From an uncultured Algibacter sp. (GTDB lineage: Bacteria > Bacteroidota > Bacteroidia > Flavobacteriales > Flavobacteriaceae), in assembly GCA_937936645.1 (NCBI GenBank), contig CALHCQ010000008.1:1-46222 (forward strand): 46,222 nucleotides of DNA, written 5' to 3'. The notes beneath the pieces were generated by a model. It had not been told where the DNA came from. It searched no databases and worked only from the letters and a program-made list of their open reading frames with translations. The position numbers and the translations under genes were made by a program. Below, piece after piece: positions 29,189 through 37,828 of the stretch. Each line of letters opens with the position of its first letter. Positions within the stretch are counted from its first letter, which is position 1.

Positions 29189-30490
29189 TTAGTAGTGACA
29201 CTTACCACATTCTAAACCTCCCATTTGGGCTGCCGTTAAATTCTCTACACCATACTTTTTAGATAACTCTTCATGAATTTTATCGTAATAAGCATTGTCT
29301 TTCACTTTAACATTTGTAGATCGGTGACATTCTATACACCATCCCATGGTTAAAGGAGAGTACTGATACATCACTTCCATTTCTTCTACTGGTCCGTGAC
29401 ATTTTTGACACTCAACTCCAGCAACAGAAACGTGTTGTGAGTGATTAAAGTATACAAAGTCTGGTAAGTTATGTATGCGAACCCATTTAACAGGTTGTGT
29501 TTTACCAGTATATTTTTGATCTGCGTCATTCCAACCTACAGCTTTGTAAAGCTTTTGAATTTCTCCATCGTAGAATTCTTTAGAATACTCTTCTGTAGCT
29601 GTACTTGGCGCTACTTCATATATAGATTTGTGACAGTTCATACAAACATTTAAAGAAGGAATCCCTGAATGCTTACTAACTCTTGCTGATGAGTGACAAT
29701 ACTTACAATCTATACCATTATCTCCGGCATGTATTCTATGCGAATAATGTATAGGTTGTACAGGCTCGTACCCTTGATCTACACCAACTTGTGATAAATA
29801 ACCGTAAACAAAATATGCACTAGACAATAAAAAGAAGATTGCCACAACGAACATTAAAAACTGATTTTTAATAAACGCTTTCCAAAGCGGTGTTCTTTCT
29901 GTAGATTCAGGCAAATCTATATTTTGAGCTTCAGCAAAACGACGTAATGTTTTGTTAACTAAAAACAAACCTGCTGCTAACAACATAAACAATACAGCTA
30001 ATGCACCTAATATAATTTCATTAGATATTCCAGAAGACGCTCCCGTCTGTGCAGCACCAGATGCTGCTACTGGCGCAACAGCTGCAGCTGGCTCTTTCTT
30101 AACCTCTGCAGTGTATGCTAAAATATTATCAATGTCAGCATTAGAAAACTGAGGAAAAGCTGTCATAGCCGCACCACCAAATTCATTGTATATTTTATTT
30201 GCGTATGCATCTCCAGACTTAATAACACCTGAACTATTTTTTATCCAAGCATAAATCCAATCCCTATCCAAACCTTCTGTTTCAGATAAGCGCTGCTCAA
30301 CGTTACGTAAAGCTGGACCAGTCATTTTCTTGTCTAATTTATGACAAGCTGCACAATTGGCATTAAACAATGATTTTCCTTTCGCTGGATCTCCATCCTG
30401 TGCCGAAAGCGACGTTGTTAACGTTAATAAAATAATTAAACCTAAACTAAGAATGTTCTTGCCTAATTTACGGTGAACCACCTTTTTCAT
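29189..30490 (-). CDS. actA: Alternative complex III subunit ActA (six c-hemes: monoheme plus pentaheme domains)
   Basis: CAACH, CKYCH, CMNCH, CQKCH, CIECH, CGKCH. Start placed at ATG 30490 (MKKVVHRK plus signal peptide). Confidence 0.94.
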   Translation of the reverse strand: MKKVVHRKLGKNILSLGLIILLTLTTSLSAQDGDPAKGKSLFNANCAACHKLDKKMTGPALRNVEQRLSETEGLDRDWIYAWIKNSSGVIKSGDAYANKIYNEFGGAAMTAFPQFSNADIDNILAYTAEVKKEPAAAVAPVAASGAAQTGASSGISNEIILGALAVLFMLLAAGLFLVNKTLRRFAEAQNIDLPESTERTPLWKAFIKNQFLMFVVAIFFLLSSAYFVYGYLSQVGVDQGYEPVQPIHYSHRIHAGDNGIDCKYCHSSARVSKHSGIPSLNVCMNCHKSIYEVAPSTATEEYSKEFYDGEIQKLYKAVGWNDADQKYTGKTQPVKWVRIHNLPDFVYFNHSQHVSVAGVECQKCHGPVEEMEVMYQYSPLTMGWCIECHRSTNVKVKDNAYYDKIHEELSKKYGVENLTAAQMGGLECGKCHY

Positions 30491-30572
30491 ATTGCTGATT
30501 AAATTAACTTCTAAACTTTGGTATGATTTTTTCATATATAACATACATTTATCACACTCATACAATCTTATG

Positions 30573-30580
30573 CAAAAATA
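30573..30580 (-). promoter_or_regulatory. -7 box (TATTTTTG) for the act-cta operon
   Basis: Exact TAnnTTTG match; implies a 5' UTR of about 75 nt. Confidence 0.7.
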
Positions 30581-30626
30581 GTATTAAAAGTCGATTTGAA
30601 AAATGTTAGCGAACTGTTAATTCATA

Positions 30627-30645
30627 ATTTAGAAAAGTTCTAAAT
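30627..30645. promoter_or_regulatory. Fur-family operator-like 8-3-8 palindrome
   Basis: ATTTAGAA-AAG-TTCTAAAT, perfect arms; 16/19 match to the flavobacterial Fur box I recall (ATTTAGAATTATTCTAAAT, Riemerella). Confidence 0.6.
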
Positions 30646-30676
30646 AAAAAACATAGCAAGTTTTGTGTAATAAACA

Positions 30677-30684
30677 TACATTTG
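30677..30684 (+). promoter_or_regulatory. -7 box (TACATTTG) for the SPOR gene
   Basis: Exact TAnnTTTG match 17 nt before ATG 30702. Confidence 0.7.
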
Positions 30685-30701
30685 TATAAAGACCTTATAA
30701 A

Positions 30702-31094
30702 ATGACATTATCTCCAATAAAATTAAACGTATTAAGCATTATGCTAGCAATAAGCACAACAGCTATTTGCCAAGCACAACAGGGATCTGTAACCGTAAAT
30801 CAAGACCAAAGAATAAACGCGCTTATTGATCTTAAAAAAGACATGAATTTAGAAAGCTCTAACAGATATAAAATACAAATTTATTCGGGTAACAGAAAAA
30901 CAGCAGAGAAAACAAAAACAGAATTTAAGTATAAATATAATAATTGGGAACCTGCTATGGTATTCGAAACCCCAAATTATAAAATATGGATAGGTAATTT
31001 TAGAACAAGACTAGAAGCAGACCGTGCATTAAAAAAAATAAAGAAACACTTTTCTAGCGCTTTTATATTTAAACCTAAGAAAGAAAAAATATAA
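30702..31094 (+). CDS. Secreted SPOR-domain (peptidoglycan-binding) protein
   Basis: Signal peptide; YKIQIYSG, PNYKIWIGNFRTRLEADRAL..F.SAFI. Confidence 0.88.
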   Translation: MTLSPIKLNVLSIMLAISTTAICQAQQGSVTVNQDQRINALIDLKKDMNLESSNRYKIQIYSGNRKTAEKTKTEFKYKYNNWEPAMVFETPNYKIWIGNFRTRLEADRALKKIKKHFSSAFIFKPKKEKI

Positions 31095-31111
31095 GTTATT
31101 ATTTTAGTAAT

Positions 31112-31171
31112 AAATAAAAAGCATAAAAAAAGAGTGATTTAATAATCACTCTTTTTTTATGCTTTTTATTT
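31112..31171. terminator. Bidirectional terminator between convergent SPOR gene and infB
   Basis: Perfect 28-bp inverted repeat with 4-nt loop (TAAT) and T7 tracts on both strands. Confidence 0.88.
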
Positions 31172-31179
31172 TAAGTTTA

Positions 31180-34044
31180 TTACTTAAGTTTCTTTTTTAC
31201 TTCAACTTCATGGAAAGCTTCTATAATATCGCCTTCTTTAATATCGTTGTAGTTTTTAACTTGCATACCACAGTCGTAACCTTTTGTTACCTCTTTAGCA
31301 TCGTCTTTAAAACGTTTTAATGAAGCTAGTTCTCCTGTGTAAACAACAACACCATCTCTAATTAAACGAATTCCAGAAGATCTTAATATCTTACCATTAG
31401 TAACCATACAACCGGCAATACTACCAACTTTAGAAACTTTAAATATTTCTCGTATTTCTGCTGTACCTGTAATCTCCTCTTTAAGCTCTGGAGATAACAT
31501 ACCTTCCATAGCATCTTTAAGATCATTTATAGCATCATAAATAATAGAATACGTTCTAATATCGATTTCTTCTTTGTCTGCAATCATTCTTGCATTACCA
31601 ACAGGTCTTACATTAAATCCTACAATAATAGCATCGGACGCAGAGGCAAGTAACACATCACTTTCTGTAATGGCACCAACACCTTTGTGTAATATATTAA
31701 CCTGTATTTCTTCGGTAGATAATTTCTGGAACGAATCCGTTAATGCTTCTACAGATCCATCAACATCACCTTTTAATATTATGTTAAGTTCTTGGAAATC
31801 TCCTAACGCAATACGTCTTCCAATTTCATCTAATGTAATGTGACGTTGTGTACGTACAGATTGCTCACGTTGTAACTGTGCACGTTTAGAGGCTATCTGT
31901 TTTGCTTCACGCTCGTCTTCAAAAACATTAAATTTATCTCCGGCTTGTGGCGCACCATCAAGTCCAAGAATAGATACTGGTGTAGATGGGCCTGCTTCTA
32001 CAACGTCGTTTCCACGTTCGTCGTGCATCGCTTTCACTTTACCACTATTCTTTCCTGCTAATACATAATCTCCAACTTTAAGTGTTCCTGCTTGAACTAA
32101 AATTGTAGACACATAACCTCTTCCTTTATCTAAAAATGCTTCCACTACAGTACCTATAGCGGCCTTTTTAGGATTAGCTTTTAGCTCTAGTAACTCTGCT
32201 TCAAGTAAAACTTTTTCAAGTAATTCTTTAACTCCAGTTCCTTTTTTAGCAGATATGTCGTGAGATTGGACTTTACCACCCCAATCTTCTACAAGAAGAT
32301 TCATATTGGCAAGTCCTTCTTTAATTTTTTCTGGATTTGCTGCAGGCAAATCTATTTTATTAATTGCAAATACTATTGGTACTCCTGCGGCTTGAGCATG
32401 AGAAATAGCTTCTTTAGTTTGCGGCATAATATCGTCATCGGCAGCAGCTACAATAATAGCAATATCTGTAACCTGAGCACCACGAGCACGCATGGCTGTA
32501 AAGGCCTCGTGACCTGGTGTATCTAGGAAGGCAATTTTTTGTCCGCCATCTAGTTCTACACCGTAAGCACCAATATGCTGTGTTATACCACCAGACTCTC
32601 CTGCAATTACATTTTCCTTACGTATGTAATCTAAAAGCGATGTTTTACCATGATCTACGTGTCCCATTACCGTAACAATAGGTGCACGAGTTATTAAATC
32701 TTCTGGTTTATCTACAACTTCTTCAATAGACTCTTCTATATCTGCTGTAACAAACTCTACTTTATAACCAAACTCTTCTGCTACAATAGATAATGTTTCG
32801 GCGTCTAAACGCTGATTCATGGTTACCATCATACCAAGCGACATACAAGCTGATATAATTTGAGTAACACCAACATCCATCATCGTAGCCATTTCGCTGG
32901 CAGTAACAAATTCTGTTACCTTAATAATTTTACTTTCAGCAGCTTCGATTTGCTGATCGATTTGTGTTTTCTCTCTATGCTTATCTCTCTTGTCTCTTCT
33001 ATTTTTTGCGCCTCGTCCGCTTTTGTTAGATTTACCTTGAAGTTTTTCAAGAGTTTCTCTAACCTGTTTTTTCACATCTTCTTCAGATGGTTCTTCTTTA
33101 GGAACATTTCTTCTACCTTGTCCTGGTTTACCTCTAAAGTTATTACCTCCGGTTCTTGGTCCTCCTGGGCGGTTACCCGGTCTATTAGGCCCTCCAGAAT
33201 TAGGTCCGCCAACTTTACTAATACGGCGACGCTTTTTCTTATTAGCATCTCCAGGTTTCCCGTCGGCTTTCTTATCTGCTGGCTTCTTTTTTGGTTTATT
33301 AAACTGAGATAAATCAATTTTATCACCTGCAATTTTTGGCCCAGTAAGTTTTTTGTATTGAGTCTTTACCTTTTCATCTTCAACAATAAGATTACTTTTA
33401 GGTTTTTTAGCCTCTTCTGTTTCCTTATTGTCATTTGCAGCTGCTACAGGAGCTTCTGTATTAGGAACTTCTTTTTTAGCTTCGACCTCAACAGGTGCAG
33501 GCTTTTTTGGTGCAGCTGGTTTCACAACCTCTGCAGCCTTATCTTTTACAGGCTCTGTTACTTCTGCAGCTTTTTTAACAACTTCTACAGGCTTAGTTAC
33601 TTGCTCTGTTGGCGTTTCTTTTACAGCTTCATTAGACTTAACATCTGCAACAGGCTCCTTTTTAATCGGTTCTATTTTAGCTTCTTTTTTCTTAGAATCT
33701 AAATCTATTTTACCCAATTTTTTAGGACCAGTAAGAGTCTTGCTAGCTTTTATAACTTGCTCTCTCTTGGCCTGCGCTTTTTGCTTTTCCTCAAGTTCAC
33801 GTTCGCGTTGTTCACGTAAATCTTCTTTTTCTTTAAGTTTTGCTTGCCCAACTTCTTTTGACGCTACTTTTTTACTCGCATCCTTTTGAAATTCGTTGGA
33901 AAGAATACGGTAAGTTTCCTCGGAAATCTTTGTTGTAGGTCTCTTTTCTATCTCGATACTCTTAGAATCTAAGAAATCTACAGCTCGATCTAGAGAGATG
34001 TTTAGCTCGCGTAATACTTTATTTAATCTAATTGTGTCAGCCAT
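31180..34044 (-). CDS. infB: Translation initiation factor IF-2
   Basis: GHVDHGKT, GGITQHIG, DTPGH, NKID. Start moved to ATG 34044 (MADTIRLNKV). Confidence 0.98.
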   Translation of the reverse strand: MADTIRLNKVLRELNISLDRAVDFLDSKSIEIEKRPTTKISEETYRILSNEFQKDASKKVASKEVGQAKLKEKEDLREQRERELEEKQKAQAKREQVIKASKTLTGPKKLGKIDLDSKKKEAKIEPIKKEPVADVKSNEAVKETPTEQVTKPVEVVKKAAEVTEPVKDKAAEVVKPAAPKKPAPVEVEAKKEVPNTEAPVAAANDNKETEEAKKPKSNLIVEDEKVKTQYKKLTGPKIAGDKIDLSQFNKPKKKPADKKADGKPGDANKKKRRRISKVGGPNSGGPNRPGNRPGGPRTGGNNFRGKPGQGRRNVPKEEPSEEDVKKQVRETLEKLQGKSNKSGRGAKNRRDKRDKHREKTQIDQQIEAAESKIIKVTEFVTASEMATMMDVGVTQIISACMSLGMMVTMNQRLDAETLSIVAEEFGYKVEFVTADIEESIEEVVDKPEDLITRAPIVTVMGHVDHGKTSLLDYIRKENVIAGESGGITQHIGAYGVELDGGQKIAFLDTPGHEAFTAMRARGAQVTDIAIIVAAADDDIMPQTKEAISHAQAAGVPIVFAINKIDLPAANPEKIKEGLANMNLLVEDWGGKVQSHDISAKKGTGVKELLEKVLLEAELLELKANPKKAAIGTVVEAFLDKGRGYVSTILVQAGTLKVGDYVLAGKNSGKVKAMHDERGNDVVEAGPSTPVSILGLDGAPQAGDKFNVFEDEREAKQIASKRAQLQREQSVRTQRHITLDEIGRRIALGDFQELNIILKGDVDGSVEALTDSFQKLSTEEIQVNILHKGVGAITESDVLLASASDAIIVGFNVRPVGNARMIADKEEIDIRTYSIIYDAINDLKDAMEGMLSPELKEEITGTAEIREIFKVSKVGSIAGCMVTNGKILRSSGIRLIRDGVVVYTGELASLKRFKDDAKEVTKGYDCGMQVKNYNDIKEGDIIEAFHEVEVKKKLK

Positions 34045-34062
34045 AATCGCCTTTAAAATACT

Positions 34063-34070
34063 CAAATATA
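34063..34070 (-). promoter_or_regulatory. Internal -7 box (TATATTTG) ahead of infB
   Basis: Exact TAnnTTTG match in the nusA-infB spacer. Confidence 0.6.
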
Positions 34071-34121
34071 ATTATTATGTCTCTTGTAAGACATGAAATA
34101 ACGCAAAAACTGCCTTATTTT

Positions 34122-35354
34122 TTACTCTTCGAATTCTTCTTTAAGAATTCTAACAACATCTTTAATTGTTTCTTCCTCTAAATCAGTTCTTTTAACAAGA
34201 TCTTTTACTTCTTGCTCTAAAATACTTTTAGCGGTATCTAGTCCTGCTTTGCTAAATTCTTCTATAATCCACCCTTCGATTTCATCAGAAAATTCTTTAA
34301 GCTCAACATCTTCTTCTGCTCCTTCTCTAAACACATCAATTTCGTAGCCTGTTAACTGACCCGCAAGACGTATATTGTGTCCTCCACGACCAATAGCTTT
34401 ACTAACCTCTTCTGGTTTTAAAATAACTTCGGCACGCTTAGTTTCTTCGTTTAGCTTAACCGACGTAACACGCGCAGGGCTTAATGCTCTTGTTATAAAT
34501 AACGGCATATTAGTCGTAAAGTTAATTACGTCTATGTTTTCGTTTCCTAACTCTCTTACAATACCGTGTATACGTGATCCTTTCATACCTACACAAGCAC
34601 CTACAGGATCAATTCTATCATCATAAGAATCTACAGCCACTTTAGCTTTTTCTCCTGGTATTCTAACTACATTTTTTATTGTAATTAAACCATCGAAAAC
34701 TTCTGGTATTTCTTGCTCGAACAATTTTTCTAGAAATGCTGGAGAGCTTCTAGACATCATAATTGTTGGCTTAGCACCTTTAAGCTCTACACTATCTATA
34801 ACACCTCTTACATTATCGCCTTTACGGAAAAAATCTGAAGGTATTTGTCTGTCTTTTGGCAATACAATTTCGTTACCTTCGTCGTCCAACAAAATAACGG
34901 CTCTGTGTCTTATATGATGAACCTCGGCCGTGTAAATTTCTCCAATAAGATCTTTAAACTGCTTGTATATTATAGTGTTGTCGTGTTCGTGAATTTTTGA
35001 TATTAAATTTTGGCGTAAAGCTAAAATAGCACGACGTCCTAAATCTATTAATTTCACTTCCTCAGAAACATCTTCTCCAACCTCAAAATCGGGCTCTATT
35101 TTTCTTGCTTCTGTGATAGTTATTTCTTGGTTTGGTTCTTCAACCTCACCATCTGCAACAACGATTCTATTTCTCCAAATCTCTAAATCACCTTTATCTG
35201 GATTAACAATAATATCAAAATTATCATCATCACCAAACTTCTTTTTTAAGGCACTTCTAAAGACGTCTTCTAAAATCGCCATTAACGTTACACGATCGAT
35301 TAATTTATCGTCTTTGAATTCAGAAAAAGATTCAATTAACGCAATATTCTCCAT
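34122..35354 (-). CDS. nusA: Transcription termination/antitermination factor NusA
   Basis: EIPEVFDG, RIPGEKAKVAV, DPVGACVGMKGSRI, AIGRGGHNIRLA. Confidence 0.98.
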   Translation of the reverse strand: MENIALIESFSEFKDDKLIDRVTLMAILEDVFRSALKKKFGDDDNFDIIVNPDKGDLEIWRNRIVVADGEVEEPNQEITITEARKIEPDFEVGEDVSEEVKLIDLGRRAILALRQNLISKIHEHDNTIIYKQFKDLIGEIYTAEVHHIRHRAVILLDDEGNEIVLPKDRQIPSDFFRKGDNVRGVIDSVELKGAKPTIMMSRSSPAFLEKLFEQEIPEVFDGLITIKNVVRIPGEKAKVAVDSYDDRIDPVGACVGMKGSRIHGIVRELGNENIDVINFTTNMPLFITRALSPARVTSVKLNEETKRAEVILKPEEVSKAIGRGGHNIRLAGQLTGYEIDVFREGAEEDVELKEFSDEIEGWIIEEFSKAGLDTAKSILEQEVKDLVKRTDLEEETIKDVVRILKEEFEE

Positions 35355-35367
35355 AACTCTTCTTGAA

Positions 35368-35829
35368 TTAAAATTTAATCATAACTTTTGCTTCTAAAAT
35401 ATCCTCATAAGGTATATTTGCCTGCTTTTTTACAGTCACTTTACCTTTACCAATTGGTTTTGGCTCTCTTACTTTCCACTCTAACAAAATATCTGTTTCT
35501 GTAGCACTAGTAAGTGTTCCTTCTATTTTATTAGAACTTGTTCTTACTTCTAATGTTCTTTTTAAATTTTTCTTATATTGTCTTTTGTGTACAAGGGGCG
35601 CTGTGGCTCCTGCAGACATGACTTCTAATGAAAAATCGTACTCCTCACGGTCTATGTTGTGCTCTATAGCTCGGCTTACAAAAATACAATCTTCTACAAG
35701 CACTCCTTTATCGCCATCTAAAATAACTCTTATATGGTTATCTTGACTCATAGAGAACTCTATAAGAAACAAATCGCTACGTTCACTTAACGCAGCATCT
35801 AATAAATCTTTAACTATAGTTTTTAACAT
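35368..35829 (-). CDS. rimP: Ribosome maturation factor RimP
   Basis: EDCIFVSRAIE, FSLEVMSAG; first gene of rimP-nusA-infB. Confidence 0.95.
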   Translation of the reverse strand: MLKTIVKDLLDAALSERSDLFLIEFSMSQDNHIRVILDGDKGVLVEDCIFVSRAIEHNIDREEYDFSLEVMSAGATAPLVHKRQYKKNLKRTLEVRTSSNKIEGTLTSATETDILLEWKVREPKPIGKGKVTVKKQANIPYEDILEAKVMIKF

Positions 35830-35839
35830 TTTCTAGTAT

Positions 35840-35865
35840 AAAAAGAGGGGACTTTTCGTCCCCTC
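35840..35865 (-). promoter_or_regulatory. rimP leader terminator/attenuator hairpin
   Basis: Minus strand GAGGGGAC-GAAAA-GTCCCCTC-TTTTT lies between the -7 box (35893-35900) and the rimP ATG. Confidence 0.8.
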
Positions 35866-35892
35866 ATTTCTTAATTCCGCCTTTCAACGGTG

Positions 35893-35900
35893 CAAATATA
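35893..35900 (-). promoter_or_regulatory. -7 box (TATATTTG) for rimP-nusA-infB
   Basis: Exact TAnnTTTG match. Confidence 0.75.
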
Positions 35901-36000
35901 TGATATTTTATTCGTTTTTACTTAAAAAGACTGTTTTTATTGCATAAAAAGTATTATTAACAACTTAAAAGTGACATTTTTAGCGAAAAACTACGTTTTT

Positions 36001-36297
36001 TTAAGCATAGCTTTGTAATAAGTTTATTAGCATATTGGCATCCTGTTCACCTATTTGTCTCCATTTCATTTCTCCTTCTTTATAAATCATTAAGGTAGGC
36101 AAACCCTTAACACGAAGTGCTTCTGCTAATTGCCTGTTTTTTTCTATATCTATCTTTACAATTTTAGCCTTATCGCCTAGCACTGCCGAGACTTTATTTA
36201 AAACAGCAGACATAGTTTTACATTGCTCATTCCATTCTGTGTAAAAATCTAAAAGCAACGGCTCTTTAACATTTATAAGCTCTCCAAATTTTGACAT
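36001..36297 (-). CDS. Thioredoxin-family protein with atypical active site (WNEQC)
   Basis: LLDFYTEW..C, KIDIEKN..LA, cis-Pro in GLPTL. Confidence 0.9.
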   Translation of the reverse strand: MSKFGELINVKEPLLLDFYTEWNEQCKTMSAVLNKVSAVLGDKAKIVKIDIEKNRQLAEALRVKGLPTLMIYKEGEMKWRQIGEQDANMLINLLQSYA

Positions 36298-36417
36298 AAT
36301 TTATATATTTAAAGACAGATCGTAATATATACCTATATTATTTTATAGGCTTTAAAAACAGTTATCTGTATTATAAATATAAACAATTTCTTTTTAATTA
36401 AGAAAAACGAGTTTTTG

Positions 36418-37650
36418 TTATACTTTATCGCTTCCTTTTTTTAACTCAATAACAGTAATTTCTGGCCACATGCCAATACGCCCAGGAAAGGCTAAATAAC
36501 CAAAACCCCTATTAACATTTATATACTGCCCCAACTCCTTGTAAATGCCTGCCCATTGTTTGTAACGCCATTTTACAGGACTCCATTTAATCCAACCAGG
36601 AATATCGATACCAAACTGCATACCATGGGTATGCCCACTTAATGTTAAATGGTAATGATAAGGATCTTTTAATACTTTTTTCTCCCAATGCGATGGGTCG
36701 TGACTCATAAGTATTTTAAAATCGTCTTTATGTAATGCTCGCGATGCTCGTTGTAAATCGCCAGCTTTCTTAAATCCGCCAGCACCCCAATTCTCTACAC
36801 CAACCAAAGCAATACGCTGTCCATTTTTGTTTAAATAAACACTATCGTTAAGCAATAACTTAAAACCAATTTCTTTTTGAAGCTTTTTTAAATCTTCTAG
36901 ATTTTTATGCTTAGCAGATGCCGATTCCCAGTGCACATAGTCACCATAATCATGATTTCCTAGTACAGAAAACAACCCGTCTTTAGCTTTCAATTTATTA
37001 AAAACGGTTTTAAAGGGCTCCAATTCTTCGGCTTTATTATTTACAATATCTCCTGTAAACAAGATCACATCGCTATTTTGCTCATTTATCAAATCTACTG
37101 CGTAGCGCACCTTCTCTATATCGTCAAAACTACCAGAATGTATATCACTTATTTGGGTTAATTTATAGCCATCAAAAGCTTCTGGTAAATCCTCAAAACA
37201 CAAACTATAACGTAACACTTTGTAATTGTACCGACCTTTATAAACCCCGTAAATAATAGAAGCTAACGGTATAGACGCAAGCCCTAAAGCTAATTTAGCA
37301 ACAAATGCCCTTCTAGAAGAAAAATAACTATTAGTACGATTACCAAAACCTAAATAGCGATACAAAGCCTCAAACATTCTAAAAACATCTTCACCAAACA
37401 TCATAATAATTAAAACAATTTTAGGAACTATAATGGCTATAAAAAAAGCTACCGCATACCCGTGTGCATGCGTAAAACCTTCACGACGATTAAAACCGTA
37501 AAAATGATATATCAGATTAACTAAAACTGATAAAGAAAGTAACACATATAAAAATTGGCTCCAATTGTTTTTCAAAACACTTCTAAAAGCCTGGTAAGCA
37601 TATATATCTAGAACAATGAAAACAAAGACAAACAAAAACCAACGTAACAT
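36418..37650 (-). CDS. Membrane-anchored calcineurin-like metallophosphoesterase (YkuE-like)
   Basis: N-terminal TMs; SDIH, TGD, GNHD, SH and GHTHG motifs. Confidence 0.92.
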   Translation of the reverse strand: MLRWFLFVFVFIVLDIYAYQAFRSVLKNNWSQFLYVLLSLSVLVNLIYHFYGFNRREGFTHAHGYAVAFFIAIIVPKIVLIIMMFGEDVFRMFEALYRYLGFGNRTNSYFSSRRAFVAKLALGLASIPLASIIYGVYKGRYNYKVLRYSLCFEDLPEAFDGYKLTQISDIHSGSFDDIEKVRYAVDLINEQNSDVILFTGDIVNNKAEELEPFKTVFNKLKAKDGLFSVLGNHDYGDYVHWESASAKHKNLEDLKKLQKEIGFKLLLNDSVYLNKNGQRIALVGVENWGAGGFKKAGDLQRASRALHKDDFKILMSHDPSHWEKKVLKDPYHYHLTLSGHTHGMQFGIDIPGWIKWSPVKWRYKQWAGIYKELGQYINVNRGFGYLAFPGRIGMWPEITVIELKKGSDKV

Positions 37651-37665
37651 AAATTATTTTTTAAT

Positions 37666-37673
37666 CAAAGATA
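37666..37673 (-). promoter_or_regulatory. -7 box (TATCTTTG) for the metallophosphoesterase
   Basis: Exact TAnnTTTG match 15 nt upstream of the ATG. Confidence 0.65.
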
Positions 37674-37798
37674 AAGGTAATAGCAATGTGAGCTTAAAAT
37701 AAATTTTCATTTTAACGTATACTTAAGAAAACAGAACAAAAACCATATGAGACATTGTAACATCTTATTATAATAACTATTTACTATGAAGTTTTTCG

Positions 37799-37806
37799 TA
37801 GATTTG
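37799..37806 (+). promoter_or_regulatory. -7 box (TAGATTTG) for polA
   Basis: Exact TAnnTTTG match 22 nt upstream of the polA ATG. Confidence 0.65.
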
Positions 37807-37828
37807 AATCTATTTCAAAATCATTAAA

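Noticed and set aside
19173-30490. ACIII plus aa3 operon as a novel system
   Set aside because: Already described structurally and genetically in Flavobacterium; gene order and heme counts here match that type.
30491-30565. In-frame upstream extension of actA containing CDKC
   Set aside because: No His for a heme motif, and the signal peptide begins at MKKVVHRK; most likely a chance open frame in the 5' UTR.
33100-33700. Lys/Glu/Pro/Ala-rich and Gly/Arg/Asn-rich repeats in IF-2
   Set aside because: Normal low-complexity N-terminal region of Bacteroidota IF-2.
37756-37827. TGTAAC motif and a 13-codon ORF (MKFFVDLNLFQNH) ending just before polA
   Set aside because: No properly spaced CGwC element, and the polA -7 box lies inside the ORF; likely chance.
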